DNA of 64,000 bases from NCBI GenBank assembly GCA_014382585.1, contig JACNJL010000018.1, forward strand, positions 22,217 through 86,216, written 5' to 3'. The position numbers and the translations under genes are program-made. This document shows positions 26,889 through 36,613 of this stretch, in pieces (positions within the stretch are counted from its first letter, which is position 1; each line of letters starts with the position of its first letter). Below the pieces are notes generated by a model. That model was not told where the DNA came from and searched no databases. It saw nothing but the letters and a program-made list of their open reading frames with translations. This DNA comes from Limisphaerales bacterium (GTDB taxonomy: Bacteria > Verrucomicrobiota > Verrucomicrobiia > Limisphaerales > UBA1100).

Positions 26889-27767
26889 ATGTTTACCGGA
26901 GTTTATACCGCACTCGTCACGCCCTTCAAGAAAGGGTGCCTAGATGAGACTGCATTGAAAAAACTTGTTGAGCTGCAGGTGAAATGTGGAGTGGATGGTA
27001 TTGTGCCCGTGGGGACCACCGGCGAATCGCCCACAGTCGATTTTGAAGAGCATGTGCGGATCATTGAATTGGCAGTTTATTACGCGAAGGGCCGGTGCAA
27101 AATCATCGCCGGCAGTGGCGCAAATTCCACCGAGGAAGCCGTGTATCTCACCAAATCTGCCGAGTATGCCGGTGCGGATGGCTCACTGCAAGTGTGCCCC
27201 TATTACAACAAGCCTTCGCAGGACGGCCTTTACGCGCACTTCAGCGAGATTGCCAAATCCACCAATTTACCCATCATACTTTACAGCATTCCCGGGCGCT
27301 GCAACGTGGAAATTGCCGTGCCCACCGTGGTACGTCTCGCGTCAGATTGTCCAAATATTGTGTGCATTAAAGAAGCTGGCGGCGACGTGGATCGCGTCAG
27401 CCAATTGCGCGCTGCCTTGCCCCGGCAATTTACCATCCTCAGTGGCGACGATGCCCTCACGCTGCCTTTCATGGCTGTCGGCGCAAAGGGGGTTATTAGT
27501 GTTTCGAGCAACTTGATTCCGAGGCAGCTCGCCAAAATGGTTCATGCTTTTCTGGAGGGAGATGCCAAAGGCGCGCTGAAGTTGCACGAAAAATATTATC
27601 CGCTCTTCAAGGATCTGTTTATCGAAACCAACCCGGTCCCCGTTAAGGCTGCGTTGGCCATGAAAGGGTTGGTCGCCGAGGAGTACCGGCTTCCATTGGT
27701 TAAAATGAATCCTGAACACCGCCGCAAATTGCGTGCCACGCTTAAGGCAACGGGTGTGCTCAAGTAA
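26889..27767 (+). CDS. dapA: 4-hydroxy-tetrahydrodipicolinate synthase
   Basis: ALVTPF, GIVPVGTTGESPT, PYYNKPSQ and VCIKEAGGD (the Schiff-base Lys context). Confidence 0.9.
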   Translation: MFTGVYTALVTPFKKGCLDETALKKLVELQVKCGVDGIVPVGTTGESPTVDFEEHVRIIELAVYYAKGRCKIIAGSGANSTEEAVYLTKSAEYAGADGSLQVCPYYNKPSQDGLYAHFSEIAKSTNLPIILYSIPGRCNVEIAVPTVVRLASDCPNIVCIKEAGGDVDRVSQLRAALPRQFTILSGDDALTLPFMAVGAKGVISVSSNLIPRQLAKMVHAFLEGDAKGALKLHEKYYPLFKDLFIETNPVPVKAALAMKGLVAEEYRLPLVKMNPEHRRKLRATLKATGVLK

Positions 27768-27768
27768 C

Positions 27769-28500
27769 ATGGTCAAAATCATAATTCACGGTTCCAAAGG
27801 GCGAATGGGCCAAATGCTAATCGCGTGCGGGGAATCGATGGACGGCATCGAGATCGTCGCAGGCGTGGACGAAGGCGATGACTTATCCGCCCTCATCGCC
27901 GACTGCGATGCGGTGATCGATTTTAGTCTCCACAGCGCCAGCGCTGGATGCGCAATGCTCTGCGCCAAGCATGACAAAGCGTTTGTCATCGGCACCACCG
28001 GTCACTCTGATGCGGAGAAATCTGAAATCCTTAATCACCAATCAGAAATCCCGATTGTCTGGGCCAGTAATTATTCAACCGGGGTGAACACGCTTTTCTG
28101 GCTCACAAAAAAGGCCACTGAAATCCTCGGGCCGAATTTTGATTTGGAAGTGGTGGAGATGCATCACCGCCACAAAGTCGATGCCCCCAGTGGCACGGCC
28201 ACGACACTCGGCGAAATTCTGCTCGAAGTTCGTAATCAACAAAACGACGCACTGCGTCACGGTCGCGAAGGAATCGTGGGTGCGCGGACGAACGAGGAAA
28301 TTGGGATTCACAGCCTGCGCGGTGGCGACGTGGTGGGAGATCACACGGTTATTTATGCCGGTGCCGGTGAACGCCTCGAGCTCACTCATAAAGCGGCCAG
28401 CCGCGAAACCTTTGCCAACGGAGCCCTTCGCGCCGCACAATGGGCCGTCCAGCAATCGCCCGGCCTTTATGATATGCAGAATGTGTTAGGCTTGGAATGA
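27769..28500 (+). CDS. dapB: 4-hydroxy-tetrahydrodipicolinate reductase
   Basis: MVKIIIHGSKGRMGQ, plus EMHHRHKVDAPSGTA (the E-x-HH-x-x-K-x-DAPSGTA signature). The start was trimmed to the ATG at 27769. Confidence 0.9.
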   Translation: MVKIIIHGSKGRMGQMLIACGESMDGIEIVAGVDEGDDLSALIADCDAVIDFSLHSASAGCAMLCAKHDKAFVIGTTGHSDAEKSEILNHQSEIPIVWASNYSTGVNTLFWLTKKATEILGPNFDLEVVEMHHRHKVDAPSGTATTLGEILLEVRNQQNDALRHGREGIVGARTNEEIGIHSLRGGDVVGDHTVIYAGAGERLELTHKAASRETFANGALRAAQWAVQQSPGLYDMQNVLGLE

Positions 28501-29009
28501 ATCCCGATCCGATTTGTCTCATCGCCATCGGTTCCAATCTGGGTGACTCGGTTGCCAATATTCAGCGCGCTTTCGAAGAACTCCAAAACATTTCCGCCTT
28601 CCAAATTCAAAAATCCTCACTATGGCGCAGCACGCCAGTCGATTGCCCGCCCGACTCACCTGATTTTATCAACGCCGCCGCCGCCTTTGAGCCATTGGAA
28701 AACGAGACGGCGGAATCGCTCCTTACCAAACTTCAACAACTCGAATCCAAGTTTGGCCGCCGACCTAAAGCGATCTTGAATGAAGCGCGTTCTCTCGACC
28801 TTGATCTCATCGCCTTCAAAAATGAAACTCGCAACACACAATTCCTGGCTCTTCCACACCCACGCTTCCATCAACGACGATTCGTGCTTGCGCCCCTGAA
28901 TGAACTTGCGCCTCAGATGGTTCTACCCGGCCAAACTCAAACCGTAGGTCAACTCCTCGAAGCGCTCGACACGGACGAATCCGTTACGCTAATCTCGACC
29001 GATGGCTAA
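28497..29009 (+). CDS. folK: 2-amino-4-hydroxy-6-hydroxymethyldihydropteridine diphosphokinase
   Basis: IAIGSNLGD, LDLDLIAF and LPHPRFHQRRFVLAPL. An ATGA junction overlaps dapB. Confidence 0.85.
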   Translation: MNPDPICLIAIGSNLGDSVANIQRAFEELQNISAFQIQKSSLWRSTPVDCPPDSPDFINAAAAFEPLENETAESLLTKLQQLESKFGRRPKAILNEARSLDLDLIAFKNETRNTQFLALPHPRFHQRRFVLAPLNELAPQMVLPGQTQTVGQLLEALDTDESVTLISTDG

Positions 29010-30240
29010 TGACCCAACGTCCGTCCCGCGCCGTTGGTATCAATCCTTGGGGCCGGGGCTCATCACCGCCTGCGTGGTTATCGGTCCGGGCAGCATTCTC
29101 ACCAGTTCCAAAGCAGGTGCCGCAAACGGGTACACGCTGAGCTGGGTCATCGCCGCTGCGGCTCTCTTCATGCTGGCCTTTACCACCATGGCCGTGCGAC
29201 TGGGGGTCGTGGCTGCCGATTCACCGGGAACCCTGCTCGCACGCAGTGTCGGCCGATGGTTGGCAGTGTTGATCGGCGTTTCAGTGTTTTTTATCGCTTC
29301 AGCATTTCAATTCGGAAACAACCTCGGCGCTCACACCGCAATCAACACTTATCTTGAATCTGATTATTTGATCATCGTCTTCAATGCTGCTGCGATTGCA
29401 TTTTTGTTTTGTTTCAAAAACCTTTATCGGGCTCTAGAAAAATTAATGATGGTGTTTGTGGGCGTGATGTTGATCGCATTCACAGCCAATTTATTTTTTG
29501 CCAAACCCGCTGCATCGGAGTGGGCGCGAGGATTTGTTCCACGCGCTGTCGGTGAACTGGATTGGGTGGTACTTGGTTTGGTGGGGACGACTTTTGCAAT
29601 CGCCGCGGCGTATTTTCAAATTTATCTCGTACGCCAAAAGGGCGTAAGCCGGGATGGCTTGGCGGGAAGTTTGCTCGATTCGCGCGTGGGTGTGGTGATT
29701 ATCGGATTAGTTACATTGATGATCATGGGCACGGCTGCCTCGGTCTTGCGCGGCAAAGAACTTCAGGACGCCGGTGATGTGGCCCGCCAATTGCAGCCGC
29801 TCTTTGGCGACTGGGGGAAGGGCCTGTTTTGTCTCGGATTATTTTCCGGCGCGTATTCTTCGTTTCTGATTAACTCAATGGTCGGTGGCTTTGTGCTTTC
29901 CGACGGCCTCGGCCTGGGCAGTGCGCCCGGAGATAAATGGCCGCGCTACCTCACGGCTGTGGTTTTGCTCGTTGGGATGGGGATGGCATTGTTTGTGGTT
30001 CGCACCGGCGCCCGACCCGTGGCTGCGATCGTGATGGCTCAGGCAGTCACTGTAATCGTCGCACCGCTGTTGGCCGGAGTTCTGTTGTGGTTTTGCAATC
30101 AGGAAAAATTTATGGGCAATCAACGCAACGGCTGGCTCTTGAATCTGCTCGGCGGGCTTGGATTTATCATCCTGCTCGCAATGGCCTGGAACACAGCGTT
30201 CAACAAAGTTTGGCCCAAGATCAGCGCCTTAACCAATTGA
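29002..30240 (+). CDS. NRAMP-family divalent metal transporter
   Basis: GPGLITACVVIGPGSILTSSKAGAANGY (an NRAMP N-terminal motif) and about 11 TM helices. It overlaps folK by 8 nt. Confidence 0.75.
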   Translation: MANDPTSVPRRWYQSLGPGLITACVVIGPGSILTSSKAGAANGYTLSWVIAAAALFMLAFTTMAVRLGVVAADSPGTLLARSVGRWLAVLIGVSVFFIASAFQFGNNLGAHTAINTYLESDYLIIVFNAAAIAFLFCFKNLYRALEKLMMVFVGVMLIAFTANLFFAKPAASEWARGFVPRAVGELDWVVLGLVGTTFAIAAAYFQIYLVRQKGVSRDGLAGSLLDSRVGVVIIGLVTLMIMGTAASVLRGKELQDAGDVARQLQPLFGDWGKGLFCLGLFSGAYSSFLINSMVGGFVLSDGLGLGSAPGDKWPRYLTAVVLLVGMGMALFVVRTGARPVAAIVMAQAVTVIVAPLLAGVLLWFCNQEKFMGNQRNGWLLNLLGGLGFIILLAMAWNTAFNKVWPKISALTN

Positions 30241-30300
30241 ACCCAGCAATTTCCGCTTGTCGTCGCTTTGCCTTTGCGTGAATGGTGGCGCGTGCCTGTC

Positions 30301-31050
30301 GTGAAAATAACCCCCGACATCATCCGTCAAATGAAAAGCCGCGAGCCCATCGCGGCGCTGACGGCCTATGATTATTCCATGGCCAAACTGCTCGACCGAT
30401 GCGGCGTGCCGTTACTGTTGGTGGGTGATTCGCTCGGCATGATTGCCCTGGGATTGCCTGATACCACCGGCGTGACCATGGAAGATATGCTCCATCACAC
30501 CCGCGCGGCAGCCCGCGCACAGCCTCGAGCGTTGTTGGCGGCTGACTTGCCCGCAGGCAGTTATGCCACGCCCGAAGCAGCTCTGGCCAATGCCCGCCGA
30601 TTGATGGAGAGCGGCGCAGAGGCAGTGAAAGCAGAGGGTGGTTTGAGCATCGACGCCCAAGTGCGTGCCATTGTGGCTGATGGCATTCCCTTTCTCGGTC
30701 ACTTAGGAATGCTGCCACAAAACGTGCAAGCCGAAGGCGGCTACAAAATCAAAGGCCGCAGTGCGGAGGAACAATCGGCGTTGCGGGCCGATGCAGCAGC
30801 ATTGGTCGATGCAGGCGCGTTTGGCATTGTATTGGAATTGGTGGAGGCGGAGCTTGCTGCAGAATTGACTTCCACGCTAACCATCCCGACCATTGGAATC
30901 GCCTCCGGCACCGGATGCGACGGGCAAATTTTGGTGACCACCGATCTATGGGCCACATCGCCGGACTTCATCCCGCGCCACGCCCAGCCCAACAAACAGG
31001 TGAAATTGGAAATGGAAAAGACGATTGAAAATTGGATGAACCAATTATAA
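30301..31050 (+). CDS. panB: 3-methyl-2-oxobutanoate hydroxymethyltransferase
   Basis: IAALTAYDYSMAKLLD, LLVGDSLGM, VKAEGG and GHLGMLPQ. The GTG at 30301 fits the family N-terminus, but the start is uncertain. Confidence 0.85.
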   Translation: MKITPDIIRQMKSREPIAALTAYDYSMAKLLDRCGVPLLLVGDSLGMIALGLPDTTGVTMEDMLHHTRAAARAQPRALLAADLPAGSYATPEAALANARRLMESGAEAVKAEGGLSIDAQVRAIVADGIPFLGHLGMLPQNVQAEGGYKIKGRSAEEQSALRADAAALVDAGAFGIVLELVEAELAAELTSTLTIPTIGIASGTGCDGQILVTTDLWATSPDFIPRHAQPNKQVKLEMEKTIENWMNQL

Positions 31051-31088
31051 TCACAGAACGATCAGAAGGAAATCTTCGTGCACCTGTG

Positions 31089-31547
31089 ATGAAAATGAAA
31101 AAACTAACTCACATTGACGCAAAAGGCGAAGCCAGAATGGTGGACGTTTCCGCCAAGCCGGCGCAGCATCGCAGCGCTACTGCGCGCGGCGAGATTCGGA
31201 TGGCGAAAGAAACGCTTGCTCTAATTCGTCGGGACAAGATTGCCAAAGGCAACGTGCTGGCCACCGCGCGCATCGCAGGCATCCAAGCCGCCAAACGTAC
31301 GGGTGATTTGATTCCGATGTGTCATCCATTGCCAATCAATCATTGCGAAGTGGAATTCACATTTCCGAAAACGGGCAACGCAATCCTTATCAGCGCCACG
31401 GCAAAGGTGACGGCACAAACGGGCGTTGAAATGGAGGCCCTCACGGCGGTAAACCTCGCCGCATTAACCATTTATGATATGTGCAAGGCGGTTGATAAAA
31501 AAATGCGTATCACCAATGTAAAACTGGTTTCAAAAACAAAACGATGA
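31089..31547 (+). CDS. moaC: Cyclic pyranopterin monophosphate synthase
   Basis: LTHIDAKGEARMVDVSAK, KGNVLATARIAGIQAAK, IPMCHPL and TGVEMEALTA. The start was trimmed to the ATG at 31089. Confidence 0.9.
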   Translation: MKMKKLTHIDAKGEARMVDVSAKPAQHRSATARGEIRMAKETLALIRRDKIAKGNVLATARIAGIQAAKRTGDLIPMCHPLPINHCEVEFTFPKTGNAILISATAKVTAQTGVEMEALTAVNLAALTIYDMCKAVDKKMRITNVKLVSKTKR

Positions 31548-32026
31548 ATATACAGGTGGGAATTATCACCGTGTCCGACCGTGCCGCGGCGGGCGAATAC
31601 AAAAACCTCGGCGGCCCGCTTCTGGCCAAGGCCGCCGATGGTTACGGCTGGGCGGTGCTTGCCGAGGCGGTAGTGCGCGATGAGGTGGAACAAATCCAAC
31701 GCGCCATCCGCGAACAAATCGCAAAGGGCTGCCATCTCGTGCTTACCACCGGCGGTACCGGTGTGGCGCCGCGTGATGTCACCCCCGAGGCCGTGCGGGA
31801 AATTGCCGATCGCGAATTGCCCGGCTTTGGCGAAGTGATGCGGATGGAATCAATGAAAATCACCGAGAACGCAATCCTCTCCCGTAGCCTCGCGGTTGCG
31901 GTGGGTAATGCGTTAGTAATTTGTTTGCCCGGAAAACCAAAGGGCGCGGTCGAATGCCTCGGTTTTGTCGTTGGGGCGATCCCGCATTGCGTGGAAGTCG
32001 TAGCGGGTGTTCCAACAAGTTGCTGA
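31544..32026 (+). CDS. mog: Molybdopterin adenylyltransferase (Mog/MoaB family)
   Basis: VGIITVSDRAAAGEYKNLGGP, CHLVLTTGGTGVAPRDVTPEA and LPGFGEVMR ... AILSR closely follow the Mog pattern. An ATGA junction overlaps moaC. Confidence 0.75.
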   Translation: MNIQVGIITVSDRAAAGEYKNLGGPLLAKAADGYGWAVLAEAVVRDEVEQIQRAIREQIAKGCHLVLTTGGTGVAPRDVTPEAVREIADRELPGFGEVMRMESMKITENAILSRSLAVAVGNALVICLPGKPKGAVECLGFVVGAIPHCVEVVAGVPTSC

Positions 32027-32928
32027 TGGTTGATTCCGGCATCCAATTTTATAATCGTTACACCGACACGGTGGAGAACGAAGTTGTCTACGGCGAGCGA
32101 TGGCTGCGTTGGATCCTATTTAATCCGTTCGGCCAAATCGCATTGCACGCGGTGGCAAAGCGCGCGTGGTTTTCGCGATGGTATGGCTGGCGAATGAGCT
32201 GCGCGGGCAGCGCCTCGCGCGTGAAACCATTCATCGAGCAATACGGAATCGCTGAAGGCGAGCACGTCAAGGCGGCGGATGAGTTTACCTCGTTTAACGA
32301 TTTCTTTTATCGCAAACTTAAGCCCGGGGCGCGACCAGTGGATGCGGCGGGTGACTCCGTGGTGTTTCCCGCAGACGGGCGTCATCTTGGGTTCGCAAAG
32401 GCCTCGGAGGTGGAAGGTGTGTTTGTGAAAGGGCAACAATTTGATTTGCCGCGCCTTTTGGGAGATGCCTCGCTGGTCAAGCGATTTGCTGATGGCGCGG
32501 CGGTGTTTTCGCGGTTGTGTCCGGTGGATTATCATCGTTTTCATTTCCCTGTGGCGGGCGTCCCGCAAGAGGCGCGCTTGATCAATGGCCCTTTATATTC
32601 TGTGAATCCGCTGGCCCTGCGTGATCGTCTGGCGATCCTCTGGGAAAACAAACGATTCATTACTGAAATCAAAACGGAAAAAAATGGAAGCGTGCTGACG
32701 ATCGAAATCGGTGCGACAAACGTGGGCAGCGTCAATCACACATTCGTGCCCTTGCGCGCGGTATCAAAAGGTGAAGAGAAAGGGTGTTTCGCCTTTGGTG
32801 GTTCGGCGACGTTTACAATTTTTGAGCCGGGCCGCGTGGAGCTGGCGGCCGATTTGCTGGAGCATTCGGCCCAAAGACGTGAGGTTTACGCCAAAGTAGG
32901 TGATCGAATGGGGTCGTTCCGGTCTTGA
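32026..32928 (+). CDS. psd: Phosphatidylserine decarboxylase proenzyme
   Basis: LCPVDYHRFHFP and the C-terminal self-cleavage-site context FAFGGSATF. The start is the ATG at 32026, in a TGATG overlap with the mog stop. Confidence 0.8.
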   Translation: MVDSGIQFYNRYTDTVENEVVYGERWLRWILFNPFGQIALHAVAKRAWFSRWYGWRMSCAGSASRVKPFIEQYGIAEGEHVKAADEFTSFNDFFYRKLKPGARPVDAAGDSVVFPADGRHLGFAKASEVEGVFVKGQQFDLPRLLGDASLVKRFADGAAVFSRLCPVDYHRFHFPVAGVPQEARLINGPLYSVNPLALRDRLAILWENKRFITEIKTEKNGSVLTIEIGATNVGSVNHTFVPLRAVSKGEEKGCFAFGGSATFTIFEPGRVELAADLLEHSAQRREVYAKVGDRMGSFRS

Positions 32929-32967
32929 TTAACCGGGGGTGCAGCAGATAATCGCGCCAGAGAATTT

Positions 32968-34671
32968 ATGAGAACCTTTGTTTATTTAATGTCCACGTGC
33001 AGCTTGATGTGCGCTGCAGATTATCGGCCCGGACCGAACGCACAACGTCAGGAGGGCGTGCCGAGCGGTAAAGTAATCCAAGGCGAATGGAATCATTGCA
33101 AGGCATTCCCGGGCACAACACGTTCGTATTGGGTGTACATTCCGGCACAGTACAATCCAAAGCAGCCAGCAAACCTGATGGTGTTTCAGGATGGCGGCGG
33201 GTTTGTCCGTGAGAATGGCCACACGCGTGTGCCGATTGTGTTCGACAATCTCATTCACAAAAAAGAATTACCGGTGACGATCGGACTCTTTGTCAATCCG
33301 GGCACCGTGCCGCCCAGCGAGGCGGGAAATCAACCGCGGCGCAATCGGGCGTTTGAATACGACACGGTGAGTGTCGACTACGCCAATTTTATCATCGATG
33401 AACTCTGGCCGGTGGTTGCGAAAATGCATAGCCTAAAGATTGCGAAAAATCCACGTTCGCGGGCAATTTGCGGAAACAGCTCCGGCGGCATCGCAGCATT
33501 CACCGCGGCGTGGTTTCGGCCGGATTTCTTTGGCGGCGTGATCAGTCATGTCGGGAGTTTTACAAATATCCGCGGGGGTTATGTCTACCCCGCGCTAATT
33601 CGTAAGACCGAGCGGAAAAACATCCGCGTATTGCTGGCGGAAGGTCGAAATGATTTGGATAATTTGCATGGGCATTGGCCGCTCTCGAATGCACAAATGT
33701 CAGCGGCGCTCCGGTTCAAAGGCTACGAGCATAAGATGGTTTGGGGAGAGGATGGCCATAGCGGTCGGCACGGCGGCTCAATTTTCCCGCAATCAGTGAA
33801 GTGGATTTTCAGCGATGCAAAAAATGAAGCAATTGAAAAACCACAGCCAAAAATACCTGAATACAAGTACACAAAGGATTCGGAACGTCAAAGAGATGTG
33901 CCGCGCGGCAAGGTGACAGAGCATCTTCTTGAGAGTAAAATTTTCAAAGATACTCGACGCGAGTATTTCGTGTACGTGCCCGCGCAGTACCGGGCCGAGC
34001 AACCCGCGTGTGTGATGGTGTTTCAGGATGGCCATGCGTATGTGAACGAAAAGGGTGATGTGCGTGCGTCGATTGTATTCGACAATCTCATTCATAAAAA
34101 AGAAATGCCGGTAACGATTGGTGTCTTTGTGAATCCAGGGCATCGCGGGAAGGAGTTTCCAGAAAATCGATGGCGTGCAAATAATCGGAGCTTTGAATAC
34201 GATTCACTTGGCGATCAGTATGCGCGTTTCGTGCTGGAGGAGTTGTTACCGGCGGTTGGCGCGAACTATAATCTTTCGGACAAGGCGGCAGACCGCGCAA
34301 TCTGCGGCGCGAGCAGTGGCGGCATCTGCGCTTTCACTGTGGCGTGGGAAAGGCCGGATGCATTCAGTAAAGTGTATAGTATGATCGGCAGCTTCACGAA
34401 TATTCGCGGTGGCCATGTGTATCCTAGTTGGATCCGTAAAACCGCACGCAAACCGGTAAAAGTTTTTCTGCAGGAGGGACGAAATGACATCAACAACATA
34501 CATGGCCATTGGCCGCTGGCCAACGAACAGATGGCGGCTGCACTGAAGTTTATGAACTGGGACTACAAATTCGTGTACGGCGAAGACAAGCACAACCTGA
34601 AACACGGCGGTACAATTTTGCCTGACGCTTTGCGCTGGCTTTGGGCGGATCATTTGAAAGGAAAGGAATAA
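32968..34671 (+). CDS. Secreted tandem-duplicated esterase (two enterochelin/xylan-esterase-like alpha/beta-hydrolase modules)
   Basis: There are two ~270-aa repeats. Each carries [34 protein letters not shown](L/M)PVTIG(L/V)FVNPG, a nucleophile elbow [12 protein letters not shown] / [12 protein letters not shown], and GHWPL. Confidence 0.7.
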   Translation: MRTFVYLMSTCSLMCAADYRPGPNAQRQEGVPSGKVIQGEWNHCKAFPGTTRSYWVYIPAQYNPKQPANLMVFQDGGGFVRENGHTRVPIVFDNLIHKKELPVTIGLFVNPGTVPPSEAGNQPRRNRAFEYDTVSVDYANFIIDELWPVVAKMHSLKIAKNPRSRAICGNSSGGIAAFTAAWFRPDFFGGVISHVGSFTNIRGGYVYPALIRKTERKNIRVLLAEGRNDLDNLHGHWPLSNAQMSAALRFKGYEHKMVWGEDGHSGRHGGSIFPQSVKWIFSDAKNEAIEKPQPKIPEYKYTKDSERQRDVPRGKVTEHLLESKIFKDTRREYFVYVPAQYRAEQPACVMVFQDGHAYVNEKGDVRASIVFDNLIHKKEMPVTIGVFVNPGHRGKEFPENRWRANNRSFEYDSLGDQYARFVLEELLPAVGANYNLSDKAADRAICGASSGGICAFTVAWERPDAFSKVYSMIGSFTNIRGGHVYPSWIRKTARKPVKVFLQEGRNDINNIHGHWPLANEQMAAALKFMNWDYKFVYGEDKHNLKHGGTILPDALRWLWADHLKGKE

Positions 34672-34674
34672 TCA

Positions 34675-35622
34675 ATGAGACAGTTTTTTCTGATAATCTT
34701 AATGGTCGCTGCGGTCCCACTTTTCGCACAGGACATGCCGTTGTCGCAGGTGCTGATTCCTGGTGAAAAATGGCAATTGGTAGTGGATAGATTGGGTTTT
34801 TCCGATGCGCCGACGGCGGATGATCAGGGTAATTTTTATTTCTCAGATATGCGCAGCGAGCAAGGACTTTTTCGGGTTGACGCGGCTGGAAAAGTTTCGC
34901 CTTTTCTCGAAGGCGCAACGGGAATCAGCGGAATGAAGTTTGGCCCGGACGGAAAATTATATGCCTGCCGCGGCCGCACGCGGGAGTTGATTTCTATTGA
35001 TGTAATGACCCGAAAAATCACGGTGATCGCCAACGATGTGCGCCCAAATGATCTGGTGGTGACGCACAAAGGCTATTTGTATTTTACTGAGACACCCAAA
35101 AAACAAGTGACCTTCGTGAACACAAAAACCGGCGCATTGATGGCGGCTGATGTGGGGATTACCGGCCCGAATGGCATTTGTCTGTCGCCGGATCAAGGCA
35201 CGCTGGCGGTTTCAGATTTCCGCGGGCAACATTGCTGGGCATTTCGCATTGAGAGTAATGGTGCATTGAATCACAAACAGCCGTACATGACGATGCGCCT
35301 TAAGCCGAACCCGAATGCGGAGCGGGGAATTTTGCCCAAGTTTAATCCATCTTGTCGCGGTGACGGAATGATCACGGATGCCTTTGGGCGCTATTACGTG
35401 ACGACCGAATTGGGCGTGCAATATTTCGACCCAACCGGCCGCATCAGTGGAGTGATTCCAGGCCCGTCGGAAATCAAAGGGATGACGAGCGTGACTTTCG
35501 CCGGCCCGAAATTAAATTTCATGTACATCACTTGTTTCGATAAGATTTATCGAATGAAGACTAAGACACAAGGGGTGTTGTATCAAAACGGGCCTCAGAG
35601 TTATCCGCCAAAGAAAAAGTAG
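34675..35622 (+). CDS. SMP-30/gluconolactonase/LRE-like beta-propeller protein
   Basis: A signal-like N-terminus, then PNDLVVTHKGYLYFTE, GPNGICLSPDQGTLAVSD and DGMITDAFGRYYVT, which are typical of the family. Confidence 0.7.
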   Translation: MRQFFLIILMVAAVPLFAQDMPLSQVLIPGEKWQLVVDRLGFSDAPTADDQGNFYFSDMRSEQGLFRVDAAGKVSPFLEGATGISGMKFGPDGKLYACRGRTRELISIDVMTRKITVIANDVRPNDLVVTHKGYLYFTETPKKQVTFVNTKTGALMAADVGITGPNGICLSPDQGTLAVSDFRGQHCWAFRIESNGALNHKQPYMTMRLKPNPNAERGILPKFNPSCRGDGMITDAFGRYYVTTELGVQYFDPTGRISGVIPGPSEIKGMTSVTFAGPKLNFMYITCFDKIYRMKTKTQGVLYQNGPQSYPPKKK

Positions 35623-36495
35623 TTAGAGGTATTTCCCCAAGATTGGTTTCAATGCCCTAACTGTCTTTGCAGGCCACGCTTTCCGATCGGTCATAATCGC
35701 ATTTTCCAGCGCGCTGTGGCAAGGCCAGTCGGCGGGAGTTTCGGGGATAAGGGGAATTGCATCAGCCAACACAGCCTTGGCCGTTGCGGCGTTGCGGGTG
35801 AGATTTTCGATAACCATTTCCACCGTTACGTGTGCTTCATTGGTTTTCCAGCAATCGTAATCGGTGATCATCGCCATTGTCGCGTAGGCGATTTCTGCCT
35901 CGCGCGCACACTTGGCCTCGCCGAGATTGGTCATGCCGATGACATCGTACTTGAGTTTGTGATTGGTGAGCGACTCGGCGCGCGTGCTAAAAGCGGGGCC
36001 TTCCATGTTCACATAGGTTCCGCCGTTGTGGACGCGTGCTTTGTTTCGTTTGGAAGTTTTCAGAAGCAGCTGGCGCAGCTCTTCACAAATGGGATCGGCG
36101 AAAGCTACATGGCCGGCAATGCCGTCGCCAAAGAAAGTGTGGGTGGCGGATTGTTTGGTGCGATCAAGAAATTGATCGATCAATACAATGTCGCAGGGGC
36201 GATATTTTTTCTGTAACGACCCTACCGCGCTGACGCTGATGACCCATTGCACGCCCAGCTTTTTCATGGCCCAAAGATTGGCGCGGTGATTCAGCTCGCT
36301 GGGTAGAATACGGTGTCCGCGGCCGTGGCGGGGGAGAAAAGCAATCTCGCGGCCGACGAGTTTGCCGGTGAGAAATTGGTCCGACGGTGCGCCGAACGGG
36401 GTTTTAACGCTTACCCATTTTTTATTGCAAAAGCCTTCAATGTCGTAAAGCCCGCTGCCGCCGATGATCCCGATGCGATGTTTTTGAGTTGGCAT
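35623..36495 (-). CDS. mtnP: S-methyl-5'-thioadenosine phosphorylase
   Basis: IGIIGGSGLYD, FLPRHGRGH, GTYVNMEGPAFSTRAES and IGMTNLGEAKCAREAEI. The start was trimmed to the ATG at 36495. Confidence 0.85.
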   Translation of the reverse strand: MPTQKHRIGIIGGSGLYDIEGFCNKKWVSVKTPFGAPSDQFLTGKLVGREIAFLPRHGRGHRILPSELNHRANLWAMKKLGVQWVISVSAVGSLQKKYRPCDIVLIDQFLDRTKQSATHTFFGDGIAGHVAFADPICEELRQLLLKTSKRNKARVHNGGTYVNMEGPAFSTRAESLTNHKLKYDVIGMTNLGEAKCAREAEIAYATMAMITDYDCWKTNEAHVTVEMVIENLTRNAATAKAVLADAIPLIPETPADWPCHSALENAIMTDRKAWPAKTVRALKPILGKYL

Positions 36496-36613
36496 AGTCT
36501 TTTTTATCGCGTTGCGCTTTTGAATGTTGCAGGGTGAGCGCACCCTAACGAATCGAGGCGGTTCGCCGTGCCCAATGTGGTCGGTGGATGGCCTGCGAGC
36601 AAGCAGTGTTTTC

